From: a virus
Virus record (IMG/VR): IMGVR_UViG_3300028388_003280
Location: 1-64,000 of that record
Length of the DNA: 64,000 bases
Strand: one strand, 5' to 3'
Within the stretch, counting starts at the first letter, position 1, and every line of letters starts with the position of its first letter. This document shows positions 58,962 to 64,000 of the stretch, piece after piece. The translations under genes were made by a program, and so were the position numbers. The notes beneath the pieces are model-generated. The model searched no databases and was not told the origin of the DNA. It saw only the letters and a program-made list of their open reading frames with translations.

Positions 58962-59184
58962 CCCCTGCCGCTTCTGCGGTAGTGAGGACGTAGCGCTCGA
59001 CGCTGCACTTATCCGTTTGAATGACGGACACCTCACAACGCTATTCAATCTCGGATGCACAGAATGTGGCTATACCACTCGAGACTATGAATACCCTGAC
59101 ATTGCTGCCCACGCTTGGAACATGGCGGCCAAGCTTGAGATCAATGCGCTCCTAGACGCGGTGGCAGATCCTACAGAGCAATGA
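58924..59184 (+). CDS. Lar-like (restriction alleviation family) zinc-ribbon protein
   Basis: PCRFCG...CTECG...A.AWN; AGGAGG RBS. Confidence 0.7.
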   Translation: MHSHKFNYPANINPCRFCGSEDVALDAALIRLNDGHLTTLFNLGCTECGYTTRDYEYPDIAAHAWNMAAKLEINALLDAVADPTEQ

Positions 59185-59387
59185 GGGCCTACGACATCAT
59201 GCCAATTGGTGGATCCTGGCCGTGGATCCAGGCTGAGCGCTTCGACGGAAAGTCGATGTACCGCTTAGCCCTGCCTCCAGATGTGCTTACAGAATGGCAT
59301 GTACATTTACCCGATGCTATAGTAGAGTGGAACGACATGGCAGCAGTACGCTCAATGAAGGAGATCGTCGACAGTGAAGAAGATTAG
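59181..59387 (+). CDS. hypothetical protein
   Basis: Coupled ORF; AIVEWN echoes the Lar-like C-terminus. Confidence 0.55.
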   Translation: MRAYDIMPIGGSWPWIQAERFDGKSMYRLALPPDVLTEWHVHLPDAIVEWNDMAAVRSMKEIVDSEED

Positions 59388-59883
59388 CGCCCTTGCGGTG
59401 CTTTGCCTATTCATTGCCGTCTTTCAGACAGTATCGGATAACAGGCATGAGCCACGAATGCACAATTGGGAAATCGTCACGGATGATCCGGGAATCCCGG
59501 TTCTTCCAGCGCCGCTCCACATTCCAGTCACCGTCACAATCTATCACCCAGTTCCCGAGCAGACCGACTCAACCCCAAACATCGTCGCCTCCGGCAAGAA
59601 GATCAAGATCCACCGCGCACGCTATTACCGCTACGTCGCTGTATCACGCGATCTGCACAAGCGTTGGGGCGGACCTCTCTCGTTTGGCGACATCATTGAG
59701 CTCAAAGATGCGGGCTATCTTTCGGGCTTCTACATCGTCGAAGACACGATGAACGCCCGTTTCAAGAATCATGTAGACGTCTTGCTTTCGCCGGGCGATC
59801 CGCTAGCAAAGTTCCCTAACGCACTACTGGTGATGACCAATGGCACAACACGGATGGAAGACCCTCCACGGGCAGCCTATTGA
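59374..59883 (+). CDS. 3D-domain cell-wall hydrolase-like protein with a signal/anchor
   Basis: VTIY...QTD.TP...ASG, VAVSRDL, FGD, VEDTM, VDVL. Confidence 0.8.
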   Translation: MKKISALAVLCLFIAVFQTVSDNRHEPRMHNWEIVTDDPGIPVLPAPLHIPVTVTIYHPVPEQTDSTPNIVASGKKIKIHRARYYRYVAVSRDLHKRWGGPLSFGDIIELKDAGYLSGFYIVEDTMNARFKNHVDVLLSPGDPLAKFPNALLVMTNGTTRMEDPPRAAY

Positions 59884-60391
59884 AAGCATCTATGACGAAC
59901 TCGCAACCGTTTTCAAGGAGGCGTATGAGCAAGACTACGACTGCTTTGTCTACGTCGGAACAGACAGCCAGAACCTCGGCTCACGAACCTCGTTCGTACA
60001 AGTGGTTGCTGTCCACATTCTCCGTGACACTGGCCGTGGTGATGGTGGCCGTGTTTACTATATCCGCCATCTGGAGCGTAGGTATCGCTCTCGTCGCGAG
60101 CGTCTTCTCAGGGAAGCAGAGTTGAGCATCAACCTTGCCCAGAAGATTAACCCAGTTTGTGAAGAGCACGGGATTGAGTTTGAGGTCCATGCTGACGTCC
60201 ACTCGAGCCCTGGCCGCAATAACGAGAACAAGAGTCACGAGGTTCACGACGCTGTGGTTGGCTGGGTGAGCGGCATGGGATACAAGTGCGTCACCAAGCC
60301 TGGCGCCTTCGTTGCCAGCATCGTTGCAGATAGACACACCCGCGGGGTCAAGCAACCGCGAAGATTCAAGAAGCACAAGGCCAATAGCTGA
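59840..60391 (+). CDS. RNase H-like YkuK/DUF458 family protein
   Basis: YVGTDSQ, RLLREAELSI, EVHADV, KP.A..AS.VAD. Confidence 0.85.
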   Translation: MAQHGWKTLHGQPIESIYDELATVFKEAYEQDYDCFVYVGTDSQNLGSRTSFVQVVAVHILRDTGRGDGGRVYYIRHLERRYRSRRERLLREAELSINLAQKINPVCEEHGIEFEVHADVHSSPGRNNENKSHEVHDAVVGWVSGMGYKCVTKPGAFVASIVADRHTRGVKQPRRFKKHKANS

Positions 60392-60415
60392 GTATTTAGA
60401 TATTGGAGGTCCAAC

Positions 60416-60619
60416 ATGGATTCAAGACTAGCACGAAAGATTCAGTCAGAGGCAAACGATCTCATGCGCCTCGGCAAGCAGGCCGACAAGCTACGGCTGA
60501 TGGAAGAAGACGACGTCGAGGAGCTGTATGATATCTCGCAGGACCTCATCGCATCAATCCAGGCACTAGAAGAGGTCGTTACTGCGCTTCGCAAGGAGGC
60601 ACGCAAGAATGAGCGATAA
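60416..60619 (+). CDS. acidic helical protein A
   Basis: GGAGG RBS and TATTTA at 60393; paralog of 60902..61093. Confidence 0.7.
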   Translation: MDSRLARKIQSEANDLMRLGKQADKLRLMEEDDVEELYDISQDLIASIQALEEVVTALRKEARKNER

Positions 60620-60902
60620 GCTACCCAAGTATACCCGCGTCATCGTAGAAGGCGAAGAGCAATTCATTCTACGTGAAGCACAGTTCGACCCACGAAAAGC
60701 AAAGCGGCTGCTGAGCCAATTCGGAAGTGGTCTGTTCGGCTATGCAGAAGATGTTAAGGGCGCCCTCGGAGAACAGGATCCTGCATACGCAGCAGAGTTG
60801 ATCGAAGACGTTATATACGATCTTCAAGACCTCGCTGCAGACATGGAAGAGCTCCACGACGAAGCTCGTGCAGCAATGGACGACGACCCGGAGGCCTTCT
60901 AA
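60609..60902 (+). CDS. acidic helical protein B
   Basis: Paralog of 61090..61362. Confidence 0.7.
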   Translation: MSDKLPKYTRVIVEGEEQFILREAQFDPRKAKRLLSQFGSGLFGYAEDVKGALGEQDPAYAAELIEDVIYDLQDLAADMEELHDEARAAMDDDPEAF

Positions 60903-61093
60903 TGGATGCACGACTAACACGAGAAATGCAAGCATTCGTCAATGATCTCAAGTCATACTCTCAGGATCTTGCTCGGATCCGCGTTGCATCAAATCCAGAT
61001 GCAGAGGAAGAAGTACAAGACGTCATCGAAGGCATTGTATACATGCGCGATGAACTCGAGTCTCTAGCATACAAACTAAGGAGACAGGGATGA
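60902..61093 (+). CDS. acidic helical protein A'
   Basis: MDARL...NDL matches protein A. Confidence 0.7.
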   Translation: MDARLTREMQAFVNDLKSYSQDLARIRVASNPDAEEEVQDVIEGIVYMRDELESLAYKLRRQG

Positions 61094-61362
61094 GCAAGCT
61101 ACCACGGTATCGCAAGGTCATCAATGAGCATTCAGATGTTCCGGAGCGTTGGGTCCTTCGCGAAGGGGTTGAGAGCGACCTGAAGATGTACTCACGAACA
61201 TTGGCTGATATGTCCAAGGACCTGAAGAAGGCTATGGGCATGGAACCAGCAAAAGCTGCTGAAGCCCTCAGCGATCTAGTAAACGATTGCAATGAGCTTC
61301 TGAACGAACTCGACGGACTTCAAGACGATCTCCGCGATGAACTCGAGGACCTAGGATACTAA
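61090..61362 (+). CDS. acidic helical protein B'
   Basis: KLPRY.KVI.E...LRE and P..AAE match protein B. Confidence 0.7.
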   Translation: MSKLPRYRKVINEHSDVPERWVLREGVESDLKMYSRTLADMSKDLKKAMGMEPAKAAEALSDLVNDCNELLNELDGLQDDLRDELEDLGY

Positions 61363-61365
61363 TCC

Positions 61366-61587
61366 ATGGCATCTATTTCTGAAGAGCGCGCTGACCAGAT
61401 GATCGCCCAAATCATGGACGAGTATCCGCCTGGCAAGAAGCGCAAGTTTCTGTTGAAGCAAGTCTTCACGGCCTTCATGAAGGGCATGCCTAAGAAGCAA
61501 GCCGTCATGCGGGCCAACAACTTCGTTCTGAAGTACAATCTTGACCAGACCGACAAGATCCCACTCTTTCGGTATGGCCGAGGGTAG
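61366..61587 (+). CDS. hypothetical protein
   Basis: 73 aa ORF. Confidence 0.6.
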   Translation: MASISEERADQMIAQIMDEYPPGKKRKFLLKQVFTAFMKGMPKKQAVMRANNFVLKYNLDQTDKIPLFRYGRG

Positions 61588-61616
61588 TGTGCAACGCCTA
61601 CCCGTTCTGGTATAGT
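61588..61616 (+). promoter_or_regulatory. promoter TGTGCA-N17-TATAGT
   Basis: Aligned copy with TG extension. Confidence 0.7.
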
Positions 61617-61644
61617 CTACTCACCCTAGCACAGAGGTTCCAGC

Positions 61645-61986
61645 ATGGAAATGACTCTCATGGAAGTCAAGATCGGCCCACGGGCCGTTAGAATCGTAGC
61701 CGGCGATCCGAAGACCCACGTCAGTCGGATTCCCCACACGACCGTAGAAATCGTCGATCAGTACGGCGAGGTCGAATACGCCTATCTGTACGAACACACC
61801 CACCCCATGAATGAAATGGAAGCGTGGAAGCAGTTTGGTGACATCTGTCGGCAAGAGGCAGAAGTCGCAATGGATAGGGCGGCTGTGCGGCACGGAGTTG
61901 AGGCAATTGCCGCCAACGGCTTCATCGGTGACTGCATCATCGGCGTTCGTCCGAAGGCAACTGAAAACGATTCTCAACTAGCGTAG
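61645..61986 (+). CDS. hypothetical protein
   Basis: GAGG RBS and its own promoter. Confidence 0.65.
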   Translation: MEMTLMEVKIGPRAVRIVAGDPKTHVSRIPHTTVEIVDQYGEVEYAYLYEHTHPMNEMEAWKQFGDICRQEAEVAMDRAAVRHGVEAIAANGFIGDCIIGVRPKATENDSQLA

Positions 61987-62028
61987 AAACTGCCCTAAAA
62001 AGTGTGCACATTTTTTTGTCGGAAACTG

Positions 62029-62057
62029 TGTGCACGCCCCTACTCGGCTGGTATGAT
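62029..62057 (+). promoter_or_regulatory. promoter TGTGCA-N17-TATGAT
   Basis: Aligned copy with TG extension. Confidence 0.7.
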
Positions 62058-62117
62058 CTATACACATCGACGCGGTGCGAAGCGCCGCCAGAACAAACCA
62101 AGCCTACGAGGTGCACA

Positions 62118-62621
62118 ATGACCGTCAACGCCAAGCAGGCGTTCGTTGCGGTGCGCGAAGCACAGCAGCGCGTCAACGACCGGGTCCTGACCCTTTCGCA
62201 GATCTCCGAGCTCCGCAAGGAGACCCTTGGATGGGACAGCCCCGTCACGCAGTTCCGCAAGTACGCCGACGAGCAGATCAAGGTTCTGCCGCGCGGTGAC
62301 AAGCAGAAGAAGATTCTGCGCTCGCAGAAGGCCGACCTCAGCAAGATGGTCAACGCCCTCCGCGATTCCATGTCCTCGTACGAGGACCTCATCCGCATGA
62401 AGCGCGCGGAGGCTCGTGATAACAAGAGCGCCGTGCGTTTTGAGAAGGCCCGTATTCAGATCGTGGACGCAGTGCGTCGCATGATTGAAGAGGACCGCGC
62501 CAACGCCTACTCCTTCCTGCTCACGCAGTTGGAGCGTGCCGAGGCGACGCAGACGGCTGACGCCGTCGACACCGACGCAGAGAGCGTCACTGACGAAGAG
62601 CATGTCACTATCACTGACTGA
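62118..62621 (+). CDS. hypothetical helical protein
   Basis: ATG at 62118 after GAGGTG; strongly biased codon usage. Confidence 0.7.
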   Translation: MTVNAKQAFVAVREAQQRVNDRVLTLSQISELRKETLGWDSPVTQFRKYADEQIKVLPRGDKQKKILRSQKADLSKMVNALRDSMSSYEDLIRMKRAEARDNKSAVRFEKARIQIVDAVRRMIEEDRANAYSFLLTQLERAEATQTADAVDTDAESVTDEEHVTITD

Positions 62622-62709
62622 CAAGCAGACAACTGAACTGCTCGGCTACGCCCGTCCGTGCTCGCCCTCCTGCACGGCGCGGGCGTAGTCTCGTTCCCCC
62701 TAAGGTATC

Positions 62710-63333
62710 ATGAGAACAATAGCAATAGACATCGACGGCACACTCCGCAACCTAGACATCGCACTTGAAAAGTACTTAGAAGTCGACCACCCACACAGAG
62801 TCAAAACCTTCACCAGCAATCCGGAGTCGTGGAATAAACTCGACCTCGCATTTGGTGGAGACCGCGACGCAGTCATGGATTGGCTCTATGGAACTCGTGC
62901 GTTCCAGACGTTTGGGCAGGCACCAAAGATGTACCGCGATGTCATTGACCACCTCAATGCATTGGACAAACGGGCTAGAGCAGTTGGGGATAGGATAATC
63001 CTCTCCTCTGTTCAGCGTGAGCAGTCAATCACTGCGACCCTATTCTGGCTGGCAAAGAACGGATGCAAGGTGCATCACTATCGTTTCTTTGATAGCTTTG
63101 ATGAAAAGATGGGGGCCGGATACGACATCGTCGTTGACGACCATCCACAGGTTCTGGAAACGGCCAAGGACTTCGGGTCCGAGGCTATCGTGGTTCCGCA
63201 TCCGTACAATGAACACCTCACTACGGAGGACGGATACAAGCGCCTTGACTACGAAGGCGAGAAGCCGACAGGTCTAGCCGGTCTAGCAGATCTGGTCGGC
63301 CTCGGCACATACCAAATTGTCGAAGGAGACTAA
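62710..63333 (+). CDS. HAD-family 5'(3')-deoxyribonucleotidase
   Basis: IAIDIDGTL, T..WL..NG, K, VVDDHP, HPYN. Confidence 0.88.
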   Translation: MRTIAIDIDGTLRNLDIALEKYLEVDHPHRVKTFTSNPESWNKLDLAFGGDRDAVMDWLYGTRAFQTFGQAPKMYRDVIDHLNALDKRARAVGDRIILSSVQREQSITATLFWLAKNGCKVHHYRFFDSFDEKMGAGYDIVVDDHPQVLETAKDFGSEAIVVPHPYNEHLTTEDGYKRLDYEGEKPTGLAGLADLVGLGTYQIVEGD

Positions 63334-63335
63334 GT

Positions 63336-64000
63336 ATGTCGATCACCAAGAAGGACATCGAGGACGTCATTGGTAAGCTTGAAGAAGGCGACTACCGTGC
63401 ATTGTTCCTATGTCCCGATTTTGAAAAGCCATCCGGTGGAGTGGGCCTGATCTACGATCACGTCCGCATCCTCAACGAGCTGGGCTTCAATGCCTCGGTC
63501 GTCCACCAGAAGGATGGTTTCGTGCCTGAGTGGCTGGGAGACCGAGCCGAGGGCGTGCCTATCATCTACACGGAGAAAGGCGACCTGAACATCAACATGC
63601 AGGACTTTTTCTTCATCCCTGAGGGGATGACGAATGTCATGCAGCAGATGCAGCAGCAGAACGTGCCAGCCAAGAAGATCGTCTTCTGTCAGAACTGGTA
63701 CTACATCCTGAACGCACTGCAGCCCGGCCAGACCTGGCAGAGCCTTGGAATCGGCGACTGCTTGTCGGTCAGTGAATTCCAGACACGCTACATCCAGAGC
63801 ATTATGCCAGGCATGCGTTGCAAGAATGTCGTCGGCAGCATTGATCCTGAGGTGTTCTACCCGCCTGAGAGCGATGTTGAGAAGAAGCCAATCGTTAGCT
63901 TCTACCCATCTCGTGATCGTGGTGGCATGAAGAGCACCAACGTCATCAAGACGTTCTACCTCCTCTTCCCGCACTTCAAGTGGATCCAGTTCCGCCAGAT
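63336..64000 (+). CDS. GT4-like glycosyltransferase (3' partial, not in ORF track)
   Basis: MSITKK...PSGGVGLIYDHVRILNELG.NA.VVH, FFIPE, VFCQN, VS.FQ; frame stays open to the window end. Confidence 0.75.
   Translation, partial: MSITKKDIEDVIGKLEEGDYRALFLCPDFEKPSGGVGLIYDHVRILNELGFNASVVHQKDGFVPEWLGDRAEGVPIIYTEKGDLNINMQDFFFIPEGMTNVMQQMQQQNVPAKKIVFCQNWYYILNALQPGQTWQSLGIGDCLSVSEFQTRYIQSIMPGMRCKNVVGSIDPEVFYPPESDVEKKPIVSFYPSRDRGGMKSTNVIKTFYLLFPHFKWIQFRQ

Noticed and set aside
62645-62689. GC-rich hairpin after 62621 as an ncRNA or terminator
   Set aside because: The stem is real but has no U-tract and no recognisable family, so the evidence is too weak to call
1-64000. Stop-codon reassignment as in some large phages
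   Set aside because: Core genes are full length in code 11, and TAG, TGA and TAA all end genes at expected positions
1-64000. Minus-strand and nested alternative-frame ORFs in the track
   Set aside because: They overlap well-supported + strand genes and lack motifs or RBSs; they are shadows of codon bias
1-64000. tRNA or rRNA genes
   Set aside because: Intergenic gaps are short and I saw no cloverleaf with a T-loop and acceptor stem; tRNAscan-SE would confirm

Overview
A 64 kb segment of a large T4-like (myovirus) phage genome. It uses the standard genetic code and essentially all genes lie on the + strand. In order, it carries: head genes (terminase, portal, prohead protease, acidic scaffold, major capsid); neck, sheath, tube, tape measure and baseplate genes; a replication and nucleotide block (PolA-like, SSB, RecA/UvsX, flap exonuclease, helicase, class II RNR, dNMP kinase, dUTPase, PolB, dCMP deaminase); a ~10 kb cluster of small late genes; a ~10 kb glycosyltransferase/methyltransferase/aminotransferase island ending in a T4 gp42-like dCMP hydroxymethylase-family gene; and small accessory genes. 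The main observations are: (1) at least 8 unrelated proteins share an N-terminal leader (MKKSELRQxIREE...[LIV]xE) and others share the scaffold's C-terminal RxxxAG[LI] motif, suggesting a modular system that targets cargo and polyproteins to the head for protease processing, possibly including a nuclease and a nucleotidyltransferase-ligase fusion; (2) a candidate cytosine hypermodification pathway; (3) a T7 slippery site that would fuse the gp26-like and gp51-like ORFs; (4) two recurring promoter classes, TGTRCA-N17-TAnnnT and TATTTA. All family calls come from recognising motifs by eye; no database search was run.
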